Shown one piece after another: positions 48,489 to 57,082 of a stretch of 64,000 bases of DNA. Made by a program: the position numbers and the translations under genes. The number at the start of each line of letters is the position of its first letter. Position 1 is the stretch's first letter. A model generated the notes under the pieces. That model saw nothing but the letters and a program-made list of their open reading frames with translations, was not told the origin of the DNA and did not search any database. Source of the stretch: Chloroflexota bacterium (GTDB lineage Bacteria > Chloroflexota > Dehalococcoidia > Lucifugimonadales > GCA-002723415); assembly GCA_002721445.1 (NCBI GenBank), contig PBKN01000007.1, positions 75,211 through 139,210 of the forward strand, written 5' to 3'.

Positions 48489-49940
48489 TTAGTCGATTTG
48501 ATTGTATTTTATAGCCTTATTAGCAATTTTAGATAACATTCCTTTAAATACAATTACGTGTATTGGAAATAATGCTTTCCAATATAATATTCCAGTAATC
48601 TTATTGGTGATAAATGTTGCAGTTTGTTTTATGATTACCCCATTATCTTTAGGCAATAATTCAAATTTAAGAAAAGCTTTACCTGGTAGTTTCATTTCAG
48701 ACTCAAGTTTTACCATTTCATTTGGTATTGAATCACAAATTCTCCACCAATCTAACGTGTCTCCAATTGTAAATAATTTACTATCTCTTCTTTCGCGTCT
48801 TAGACCAACGCCACCAATCAATAAATCTATCCAACCTCTGATTTTCCATAAAGTGTTAGCAAAATACCATCCGTTTTTACCACCAATTTTATTAATTGGC
48901 TCAAATGCTTTTTCTTTGTCTACTAAGACAAATTTCTCTCTTACATCTTTATATTTATATTTATATTGTGATTTTTTATCTTTAGGAGAATAAGGAATAG
49001 ATGAAGAAATTGAATCATTCCATCTTGATTCAATTATGTCATTATTATTATTTAATGAAAGCAGTATTGATTTTTCTACATTTATAGTTTCAACAGGGTA
49101 TGAATTACTTGGTAATGGATCAGTTATAATACTGTCAGTAGTAAGACTGTCAATTAATTTTCTTCCAACTCTTGAATATACTGGAGTGACTAATCCCAAC
49201 CATAAACTAGAAAGTCTTGGGGTAAGTACTGGTACAGATAACATAAATCTTCTTACTCCAATTGTTTTAGCATAAATTTGCATTAACTTTTTATACGAAA
49301 TAATATCTGGACCGCCAATCTGAACTATTTTAGAAGAATTATAATTATTATTAATTGATATAGTAAGATATGATAGGACATCTTCAATCCATATAGGTTG
49401 AGATAATGAAGAAACCCATTTAGGTGTTATCATTGCAGGCAGGCGTTCAACGAGGCTTTTCATTATTTCATATGATATTCCTCCTTTACCTATAATTATT
49501 GAAGCTTGAAATTCAATACAAGGAATATTTGAAGACCTTAGTATATTTCCAACTTCATGTCTACTTGTTAAGTGCTTAGATAGACTATTTTTTTTATTAA
49601 TTCCTAATCCACCTAAATAAATTATTTTTTTTATTTTAGACTTAGAAGCTTCTTTTATAAAATTTTGTGCACATTCTATTTCATATTTATGAAAATCAGC
49701 TTTTTCACTTAAAGAATGGACTAGGTAGTATGCTATATCAATATTTTCACAAATATTAATTATTGATTTTGAATCTAAAAGATCCCCTTGTTTTATTTCA
49801 ACGTTTAAATGTTCAAACTTATTTTGAATATTTTGAGGTTTTCTTGCTAAACATATAACATTGTAATTTTTAATTTTAGCTAATTTATTAGTTAATCTTG
49901 ATCCTATATAACCACTAGCTCCCGTAATTAATATATTCAT
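48489..49940 (-). CDS. SDR-family NAD(P)-binding domain fused to DUF2867-like C-terminal domain
   Basis: Rossmann motif ILITGASGYIGS at the N-terminus; 483 aa; C-terminal half resembles DUF2867 (by-eye). Confidence 0.7.
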   Translation of the reverse strand: MNILITGASGYIGSRLTNKLAKIKNYNVICLARKPQNIQNKFEHLNVEIKQGDLLDSKSIINICENIDIAYYLVHSLSEKADFHKYEIECAQNFIKEASKSKIKKIIYLGGLGINKKNSLSKHLTSRHEVGNILRSSNIPCIEFQASIIIGKGGISYEIMKSLVERLPAMITPKWVSSLSQPIWIEDVLSYLTISINNNYNSSKIVQIGGPDIISYKKLMQIYAKTIGVRRFMLSVPVLTPRLSSLWLGLVTPVYSRVGRKLIDSLTTDSIITDPLPSNSYPVETINVEKSILLSLNNNNDIIESRWNDSISSSIPYSPKDKKSQYKYKYKDVREKFVLVDKEKAFEPINKIGGKNGWYFANTLWKIRGWIDLLIGGVGLRRERRDSKLFTIGDTLDWWRICDSIPNEMVKLESEMKLPGKAFLKFELLPKDNGVIIKQTATFITNKITGILYWKALFPIHVIVFKGMLSKIANKAIKYNQID

Positions 49941-49986
49941 AAGTATTATCTGATCTTATTATTTTCTATACATAATTTATAATTTG

Positions 49987-50338
49987 TGGTGGAGACGGGG
50001 GAGGGTCGAACTCCCCGTCCAGAAGAATCCTTAACTAGAATATCCTACAGGCTTAGTCGGAGTAATAATTCCCTATATGTACTGCACCGACTCAGCTAAC
50101 AATTAGGTTTAGCCAAGAATCTTTTATTCGCCTATTTGGCATTTAGCGAATAGCACCTCGAATTATGGCGCCCATATATCAGCTTCGAGGAGAGCTGATA
50201 CTGGACGTAGCAGCGATTAAGCTGCTAAGGCTAAGTCTTGTTTGTCTTTTAAAACTTTTGTCATCTTATTTACGAGGTTAGATGACGCCTCGGCCTGCAA
50301 TTCTGCAAAAATTTCCCCTGTCGAACCCACGCGTCCCC
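49987..50338 (-). ncRNA. ssrA: tmRNA (SsrA), CCA encoded
   Basis: The reverse complement starts GGGGACGCGTGGGTTCGACAGGGG and ends GGACGGGGAGTTCGACCCTCCCCCGTCTCCACCA (tRNA-Ala-like acceptor/T-arm). The internal tag frame ends ...GAC AAA CAA GAC TTA GCC TTA GCA GCT TAA (..DKQDLALAA*). Confidence 0.92.
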
Positions 50339-50346
50339 ATCTTTTA

Positions 50347-50374
50347 AGTATATCAGACTTGGCAATTTTATTAA
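50347..50374 (-). promoter_or_regulatory. Possible ssrA promoter (extended -10)
   Basis: On the - strand, TTAATA (50374-50369), 16-nt spacer ending TGa, TATACT (50352-50347), 8 nt before the mature 5' G. Confidence 0.3.
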
Positions 50375-50497
50375 TTTAAGGACAATTGTTATATAAAATT
50401 AAGTTATATGCTTGATGAGTATTTATCATACTGATAGTATAAATTATATTTATTTTTTTAATGAATATCACAAAATAAAATAACAATTTATGAGTTA

Positions 50498-52873
50498 GTG
50501 AATAAAATGATTTTAGAAACTCCAAAAGAAAAATCAAGGATTGATTATAAAAATTTGTTAGATATCCAGGATAAAGTTCTATGGATATCAATGAAAATGA
50601 TTGATTATGCAAATAACCATAGGGAAAATCTTGATGGTATTAAAATTGGAGGGCATCAGGCTTCTAGTGCATCAGTAGTAACTATATTAACATCTTTGTT
50701 TTTCGACTTTCTTAAAGCAGACGATAAAATTTCTATTAAACCTCATGCTTCCCCAGTATTACATGCAATACATTATCTCCTCGGAAATTTAGATAAGAAA
50801 TATTTAAATAAATTAAGAGCTTTTCACGGTTTACAAGCATATCCTAGTCGAACTAAAGATCCTGATAGAGTAGATTTTTCAACTGGATCTGTTGGTTTAG
50901 GAGCTATAGGGCCGAATTTTGCAGCTTTAGTCAACGAGTATGTACATGACCATTTTGATGGAGGTAATAATGGACGTTTTGTCAGTGTACTTGGTGATGC
51001 AGAATTAGATGAAGGAGTTGTATGGGAAGCTATTGCTGAACCTTCTATGGCAGATTTAAAAAATGTTTTATGGGTAGTTGATTTAAACAGGCAAAGCTTA
51101 GATAGGGTTGTGCCTGGAATTAGGATGTCTGCATGGAGAAAAATGTTTGAGGCAAACAACTGGAAAGTTATTGAAGCTAAATATGGAAAAGAACTTCAAC
51201 GAGTGTTTGCACAAGAAAAAGGAGAATTATTAAAAAATGCAATAGATGATATGCCTAACGAAGTATATCAACGTCTTTTACGTGTTCCTGAAGATATTTT
51301 ACGTGAATGGATTCCAAAGACAAGTAAATTTCCAAAAGACTTAGAAAAATTCATAGCACAGTGGAATGACAAAGAATTACAATCTCTTATTAGAAATTTA
51401 GGAGGACATGATTTTGAAATGCTTAGAGAAGCTTTTACTGAATCAGACTCTATTGAAGGGCCAAGGGTAGTATTTGCATATACTTTAAAAGGATGGAATT
51501 TACCTATAGTTGGAGATCCTCAAAATCACTCTGCTATGTTGAATAGTAATCAAATGGAAGAACTTCGAGAAAGTTTAAATATAGATATAGGCGATGATTG
51601 GCCTAATATTTCTGAAGATAGTGAAGAATATAATTATTGTAAAGAAATAGGTGAATCTTATAAAATAGTTGAAGAACAGAAATCTAATTTAAATTCATTT
51701 GAAATACCTAAAGAATTTAAACATGTTTATCGTGGGAATATGTCTACTCAGCAGTCTTTTGGCTTAGTGTTGACAGATATTTCTAGAATTGGCAATGAAA
51801 TATCTGATAGAGTCGTTACTGTTAGTCCTGATGTTGCTAGTTCAACTAATTTAGGAGGATGGATTAATAAAGTAAACGTTTGGGCTAGAGGAGATAGAGG
51901 TGTTATGCCTCAGGAAATAGAGAAAAGGGCTTTAGATTGGCAAGAATCACTTAAGGGTAAACATATAGAATTAGGAATATCAGAGAATAATCTATTTATG
52001 ATGTTAGGTCAATTAGGATTATCTTATGAAATTGAAAATCAAATTCTATTTCCTATTGGTACAGTATATGACCCTTTTGTTAGAAGAGGACTGGACGCTT
52101 TTTTTCAAGGTATTTATAGTGGGGCAAAATTTATAGTTGTAGGTACGCCTTCAGGAGTAAGTTTGTCCCCTGAAGGTGGAGCTCATCAAAGCATTATAAC
52201 TCCTTCTATTGGAATTGAACTTCCTGAGGTTGATTTTTATGAACCTTGTTTTGCTCAAGAATTAGAATGGATTATTCTGAATAGTATGGAAAAAATTCTT
52301 GCAAGGGATAAATCTACTTATCTGAGATTGAGTACAAGAAGAATTGATCAATCTCTTTTTAGTATCCCAGATGATTTTGAATCCAGAGAAGTTTTACGTA
52401 AACAAATTATTTCTGGTGCTTATTTAATTATTGATCGAAGAGATGATATTAAGTATGATGTTAATTTGAATGTTGTTAATATATTTGCTTCAGGTGTAAT
52501 GGTTCCTGAAGCTATAAAAGCTAGTAATAAGTTGATAGAAGAAGGGTTATTTGCGAATGTTATAAATGTTACTGGGGCTGGGCCATTGTACAGAAGTTTT
52601 CAATCTTCTACGAATGCGATTTTTGAAGGTGGAAATTCTAATTTATTTATAAATAATATTTTGTCTTCTGATGATACTAAAGCTCCAATTGTATCAATTG
52701 TTGACGGACATTCTCATTCATTAGCATGGCTGGGTGGAGCATTAAAAACTTCTATTATTCCTCTTGGTGTAAGTAATTTTGGCCAATCTGGATTGCCAAG
52801 TGAATTATATAAAGAGAATAACATTGATTCAGATAGTATTATAGAAGCCTGTTTTACTGCATTAGATAATTAG
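50498..52873 (+). CDS. aceE: Homodimeric-type 2-oxoacid (pyruvate) dehydrogenase E1 component (AceE-like)
   Basis: 791 aa; ThDP region GGHQASSASVV...HASPVLHAIHYLLG...LGDAELDEGVVWEAI...VVDLNRQSLD. GTG 50498 or ATG 50507 as start. No E2/E3 adjacent. Confidence 0.8.
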   Translation: MNKMILETPKEKSRIDYKNLLDIQDKVLWISMKMIDYANNHRENLDGIKIGGHQASSASVVTILTSLFFDFLKADDKISIKPHASPVLHAIHYLLGNLDKKYLNKLRAFHGLQAYPSRTKDPDRVDFSTGSVGLGAIGPNFAALVNEYVHDHFDGGNNGRFVSVLGDAELDEGVVWEAIAEPSMADLKNVLWVVDLNRQSLDRVVPGIRMSAWRKMFEANNWKVIEAKYGKELQRVFAQEKGELLKNAIDDMPNEVYQRLLRVPEDILREWIPKTSKFPKDLEKFIAQWNDKELQSLIRNLGGHDFEMLREAFTESDSIEGPRVVFAYTLKGWNLPIVGDPQNHSAMLNSNQMEELRESLNIDIGDDWPNISEDSEEYNYCKEIGESYKIVEEQKSNLNSFEIPKEFKHVYRGNMSTQQSFGLVLTDISRIGNEISDRVVTVSPDVASSTNLGGWINKVNVWARGDRGVMPQEIEKRALDWQESLKGKHIELGISENNLFMMLGQLGLSYEIENQILFPIGTVYDPFVRRGLDAFFQGIYSGAKFIVVGTPSGVSLSPEGGAHQSIITPSIGIELPEVDFYEPCFAQELEWIILNSMEKILARDKSTYLRLSTRRIDQSLFSIPDDFESREVLRKQIISGAYLIIDRRDDIKYDVNLNVVNIFASGVMVPEAIKASNKLIEEGLFANVINVTGAGPLYRSFQSSTNAIFEGGNSNLFINNILSSDDTKAPIVSIVDGHSHSLAWLGGALKTSIIPLGVSNFGQSGLPSELYKENNIDSDSIIEACFTALDN

Positions 52874-52874
52874 T

Positions 52875-55121
52875 CTAAATTAGGTTTTCAGGTTCTATTT
52901 TTTCAGGTTCTATTATTGTTAAATTTTTCAAATCTGGTTTATTAAGAAAAATACTAAATAGCCTTCCTGACGAACCGATCCATGACCTTTCTATTATTTC
53001 TGTTTTCTTGATTAGTGGTTGATTATTTATTCTAAGTCGAGGGATATCCTTAATATTTTTTATTGATATACTAGATTTATTAAATTTAAACTTAATATTT
53101 TCTAATTCTTGTATACTTAATTCTTTTCCTTTAATTATGTCTTTGTAAACCAACCTCAGTATTTTATTTCTTTTAAGTTTTGAGAAATCGATCAGTAGTT
53201 TATTTTTGTCATCATATATATAGCCAAAAGGTGCATTTCTTGTTTTAAAATAAATTAAAAATAATAAACTAATAATAATTAATATTATCGCTATAAATAA
53301 TATTGTGTTTAATATGTTCTCATTCTTTGATGATTTAATTTCAATATTATTTATAGGGTTTGTTGTAGGCAATACAGAATTAGATTCTAATCCTAAAATT
53401 GTTGGAGTCGGAACTATTGGTGAGTATAGAGTAGGCGGTATAGATGATATTAATATATATTCTGATCTGTACTTATATTCTTCTCCAGCGTATTTTATAT
53501 TCATACTAAAATTTACAGTATATGTTCCTTCCCCGTAAGGAGTAAAATAAATGTAAAATTCAGAAGCAGTATTTCCAGATATATTTTCTGGAATTATTTC
53601 AATTAACCCAGATTCTTTAATATTAGAATTTATTGTGAATAAAAGTTCCTCTGAAGGTATACTGTATGGAATACCTTCAATATTAATTAGTAATTCTGCT
53701 ACTTTGACACGAGAATTTAATGAAAGATTTTTACTCTCTATAGATGTAATATTGATTGAAGGAAATGGCTTTGTTATTATTTCAGACTTAGATGTAATCA
53801 TATGACCTGATTCGAGCCAATTAATATCTAAGTCTACAAAATGTATTCCTGTTTGGTTTAATGAAGGAATAGTAGCTGAAAAATATCCATCGTTAGCTAC
53901 AGCATCTCCAGTTTTAGCTTTATCATTTAACTCATATATTAATTCTGTTTTTGATTCAGTAGTTATCTTCGCAATTATTTGTATTTTTTCTAATGTAATC
54001 GGTGTATTTTTATCAGCTACATATGCAATTAAAGTAATAGGTTTATTATTAGGAAATGGTCCTTTAGTCGATAATATTGGCCTTAAGTCATTACTTGAAA
54101 AATAGTAAATTAATAAATCACCATCATAATTATTCACTTCTAATTCCCATTTTCCTGCTTCTGGATTTTCTATTTCCCATATATTTATATGAGGGGTATC
54201 AATAGTATAAAAATTTATTTTATCTAAGTTATTTCCATTTAGGTTATCAGATGATTTATTTATTTTAATTGTGCCATCAATATCTTCTTTAAATATCCAG
54301 ATGTTAGTTTTGGTTGTTCCAGGAGCTATAGTGAATTCTTTACTAAATGTTTGATTAGATTTCAATTTTTCATTTAATAATTCAGAAAATGAAAAATTAG
54401 GGTTGGAGTCAAATGTATTTTTAAACAGTGTATTTAATGAATATACATCAATTAAATCTAGTTTTTCCCCACTTGTTCTGTTTGATAAATCAGACAAAAA
54501 TTTATCAGCACTTATTGTATTTTCATTACTTGAACTTATATCACTGGAGTTAGAGGGTAGTTCAAATGAATTTATTTCCCATTGATTATTAGATAATAAA
54601 TTTAATGTTGGGTTTATGTTGTCTATATTGGGGAATGATTTTTCCCCTCCAGAAATCAATAAAATTTTTGAGCTATCAGCTGCCGAATTTATATTAAGCA
54701 GGTTGTATGATTTTATTAAAGCCGATTCAAAATCAGGTTCTAATTTTTTATAATAAGTTATTTTTTCTATAGATGAATTATATTGTCTTATTTCTTCTAA
54801 TATATATTGATAATTAATTTCAATCTTTGATTTATCTTTTGATAAAAAAGAATTTGTTGATTTTTCTGGATTGTCAGCTGGTATAAAATATAAGGACGTA
54901 TTTTCTTCAATTTCCGATACCATGCCAATTAATGATTGTAATAAATTTGAACCTTCTACTTCATTATCTATCAAAGCTTGGCGGTCTATAATAAAGATTA
55001 TATATTTATTTGTGTTATCCTCATAGGCAACAACTACTTGACTAATAAATAAAGTAAATAGGATTATTAGTAATGCTGAAATACTAGTTTGGATGACTCT
55101 ACTAATGCTCATTAAATACAC
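52875..55121 (-). CDS. Large single-pass membrane protein of unknown function (VWA-like N-domain, Ig-like repeats, TM, FHA-like cytoplasmic tail suspected)
   Basis: 748 aa. N-terminal signal/anchor; YIIFIIDRQ...ILLISGGE (VWA-like, MIDAS absent); TGDAVANDGYFSATIP motif; TM ILNTILFIAIILIIISLLFLIYF near residue 610; about 130-aa C-terminal tail. Confidence 0.7.
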   Translation of the reverse strand: MYLMSISRVIQTSISALLIILFTLFISQVVVAYEDNTNKYIIFIIDRQALIDNEVEGSNLLQSLIGMVSEIEENTSLYFIPADNPEKSTNSFLSKDKSKIEINYQYILEEIRQYNSSIEKITYYKKLEPDFESALIKSYNLLNINSAADSSKILLISGGEKSFPNIDNINPTLNLLSNNQWEINSFELPSNSSDISSSNENTISADKFLSDLSNRTSGEKLDLIDVYSLNTLFKNTFDSNPNFSFSELLNEKLKSNQTFSKEFTIAPGTTKTNIWIFKEDIDGTIKINKSSDNLNGNNLDKINFYTIDTPHINIWEIENPEAGKWELEVNNYDGDLLIYYFSSNDLRPILSTKGPFPNNKPITLIAYVADKNTPITLEKIQIIAKITTESKTELIYELNDKAKTGDAVANDGYFSATIPSLNQTGIHFVDLDINWLESGHMITSKSEIITKPFPSINITSIESKNLSLNSRVKVAELLINIEGIPYSIPSEELLFTINSNIKESGLIEIIPENISGNTASEFYIYFTPYGEGTYTVNFSMNIKYAGEEYKYRSEYILISSIPPTLYSPIVPTPTILGLESNSVLPTTNPINNIEIKSSKNENILNTILFIAIILIIISLLFLIYFKTRNAPFGYIYDDKNKLLIDFSKLKRNKILRLVYKDIIKGKELSIQELENIKFKFNKSSISIKNIKDIPRLRINNQPLIKKTEIIERSWIGSSGRLFSIFLNKPDLKNLTIIEPEKIEPENLI

Positions 55122-55217
55122 CTATATTTTTAAGAGTAATGATAGTATTGTTTATAGTCAATCTGATTTAAGTCTTTATTTTTACAATTATTATATTTGT
55201 AAAAAATTGATATTCAA

Positions 55218-55583
55218 ATGGAGACTCAATTGTTTATTAAAAATATTAAAAGAAGTAGAAAAGAACTTATTACTCTTTTCCTATTTTTAACTATAGTCAG
55301 TATGTTTAATATAAATTGCAGCAAATTATTCCAGAACCAAATAGATGATAAACATATGACTAGAGGTTTAATTCAAGAAGTAAAATCAGATTCATTAAAA
55401 AATTATGATTTTTTTATTCTTAAAGATATTAATAATAAGGAATTTGTTTTTGTACAAGGGAATTCAAATATAATTGGCTTTTCACCTTCTCACCTTAGAG
55501 AGCATATGCTGTTTGGTTTACCAGTCACTGTTGAATATTATATATATGAGGATAGATATATTGTAATTAATTTATATGATTAA
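55218..55583 (+). CDS. Hypothetical small exported/anchored protein
   Basis: 121-aa ORF with an N-terminal hydrophobic segment (LITLFLFLTIVSMF). No family recognised. Confidence 0.5.
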   Translation: METQLFIKNIKRSRKELITLFLFLTIVSMFNINCSKLFQNQIDDKHMTRGLIQEVKSDSLKNYDFFILKDINNKEFVFVQGNSNIIGFSPSHLREHMLFGLPVTVEYYIYEDRYIVINLYD

Positions 55584-55586
55584 AGT

Positions 55587-56117
55587 TTATTTTTTTGTTT
55601 TGTACGTTTGACTCCAAATATACAATGATCCAGATATTAATATTGCAAATGTAATTGGGAAAACTAATGAGGCAGTTTGAGACGGTAATGGGACTCCAGC
55701 TATGTACATTGGGAAGGTTATTTCAGTTTCTTTATTGTTTGCTTTTATATTTAATATTATTTCCCAATCACCAGGGTAATCGAAGGTAATATTTGCTGAA
55801 TAAATTTTTTGATTATTAGGCTGATTTAATGCTAAAACTTGATAAGCTTCGGCGGATTCTGTATGTTTAGCTATTAATGTAATTATTGCATCAGAGGGGT
55901 AAGTTTCTAGGGTTGTGTCATAGGGTATTATAGAAAAATGAATAATTCCTATTTGTATTTTTTCAGGTAATATTTTAATTTTTACATCAAAATCATCCGC
56001 CTTACCTGAATATATTGTAGTACCTTCACTGCTATATAAGTAATTTTCTGAATCTACATATATATATAATATTATACTTAATAAAAAAAATAGATATAAA
56101 AATTTAGTAAAAATAAT
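55587..56117 (-). CDS. Hypothetical exported/membrane protein not in the ORF track; putative ATT start (FixH/YtkA-like Ig-fold suspected)
   Basis: I hand-checked all 177 triplets: no stop between TAA 56123-56121 and TAA 55589-55587. GGAG (56128-56125) lies 7 nt before ATT 56117. Translation: IIFTKFLYLFFLLSIILYIYVDSENY...DWEIILNIKANNKETEITFPMYIAGVPLPSQTASLVFPITFAILISGSLYIWSQTYKTKK. Confidence 0.6.
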   Translation of the reverse strand: MIFTKFLYLFFLLSIILYIYVDSENYLYSSEGTTIYSGKADDFDVKIKILPEKIQIGIIHFSIIPYDTTLETYPSDAIITLIAKHTESAEAYQVLALNQPNNQKIYSANITFDYPGDWEIILNIKANNKETEITFPMYIAGVPLPSQTASLVFPITFAILISGSLYIWSQTYKTKK

Positions 56118-56185
56118 AAATTATCTCCTGAATTTTAACTTAATATATACATATTATATTATATTAGAATTATTACTTAAACTTT

Positions 56186-56214
56186 TTGACATCAATATAG
56201 CCTGATGATAAAAT
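56186..56214 (+). promoter_or_regulatory. Predicted sigma70-type promoter for the zinc-ribbon gene/dtd pair
   Basis: TTGACA (56186-56191), 17-nt spacer ending TGa, TAAAAT (56209-56214), 50 nt upstream of TTG 56264. Confidence 0.5.
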
Positions 56215-56263
56215 TTAGACTAATTTTAGTTTTTTTTAGATTCTTTCGTTAGGAGTAAATATT

Positions 56264-56629
56264 TTGCCAAAGTATGATTATAAATGTACTGTTTGCAATC
56301 ATATGTTTGAAATTTCACAGAGTTTTTCATCTGAACCTATTTCTGATTGCCCAGAATGTTCTAGTTTAGCTAAACGTCAATTTCAAGTTGTTCCTATAGT
56401 ATTTAAAGGTAGTGGATTTTATGTTAATGATTATGGGAAAAAAGGTTCTACTTCAACTAGTAGCAATTCAGATAACTCTAATAACGAAACTTCTGAAACA
56501 AAAAAACCTAATAAAGATAACCAAAATGATAATTCTGGAAAATCAAATACCAAGGCTAAAAAAGAAAAACCAATTTCTGATTCTAAGCAAAATATAACTA
56601 CTAATTCAACTAATAAAGAAATTAATTGA
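56264..56629 (+). CDS. FmdB-family (CxxC_CxxC_SSSS) zinc-ribbon protein with long Ser/Asn/Lys-rich tail
   Basis: MPKYDYKCTVCNHMFE...DCPECSS; TTG start after AGGAG. Confidence 0.8.
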   Translation: MPKYDYKCTVCNHMFEISQSFSSEPISDCPECSSLAKRQFQVVPIVFKGSGFYVNDYGKKGSTSTSSNSDNSNNETSETKKPNKDNQNDNSGKSNTKAKKEKPISDSKQNITTNSTNKEIN

Positions 56630-57072
56630 AAGCTTTATTGCAAAGAGTATCCTCAGCTTCTGTTAGAGTTGAGCAAGAATTATTAGGTTCAATTAGAAAA
56701 GGCTTAGTAATATTATTAGGAATTGAGTCGGAAGATGATGATTTAGATATTCAATATATTGTTAACAAATCCTTAAATCTTAGAATATTTGATGATGATT
56801 CTGGTAAATTCAATTATTCATTATTAGAGACTCAAGCTGAAATACTTCTAATATCACAATTTACATTATGCTCTGATACTAGAAAAGGTAGAAGACCAAG
56901 TTTTATAAATGCTGCTCCTCCTGCTAAAGCTGAGGATTTGTTTTTTAGATCATTGCAAGAATTTAAGAGTTTTGGAATAGTTGTTGAAACAGGTAGATTT
57001 CAGTCCTATATGTCTGTAGAAATTAATAACGATGGTCCTGTTACGATAATGTTAGATTCTAATGATAGATAA
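56626..57072 (+). CDS. dtd: D-aminoacyl-tRNA deacylase
   Basis: MKALLQRVSSASV N-terminus, SQFTL, NDGPVT; TTG start overlapping the upstream stop. Confidence 0.9.
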   Translation: MKALLQRVSSASVRVEQELLGSIRKGLVILLGIESEDDDLDIQYIVNKSLNLRIFDDDSGKFNYSLLETQAEILLISQFTLCSDTRKGRRPSFINAAPPAKAEDLFFRSLQEFKSFGIVVETGRFQSYMSVEINNDGPVTIMLDSNDR

Positions 57073-57082
57073 TTAAAGTTGA

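Noticed and set aside
48502-49275. 163-aa and 79-aa + strand ORFs
   Set aside because: Both are antisense to the SDR/DUF2867 gene, which has a clear Rossmann motif. They have no motifs and a shadow-frame composition.
49941-50497. Genomic island, integrase or attachment-site repeat next to tmRNA (and likewise next to tRNA-Ser at 60515-60604)
   Set aside because: Both flanks run straight into ordinary genes. No integrase or transposase ORF and no duplicated 3' fragment was seen in the window.
50376-50612. 78-aa - strand ORF
   Set aside because: It overlaps the aceE-like start and the ssrA promoter region. The sequence is Ile/Asn/Tyr-rich and has no support.
55093-55290. 65-aa + strand ORF
   Set aside because: It overlaps the 5' end of the 748-aa gene and the start of the 121-aa ORF in another frame. 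It is most likely spurious.
56412-56597. 61-aa + strand ORF
   Set aside because: It is an alternative frame within the low-complexity tail of the FmdB-type gene.
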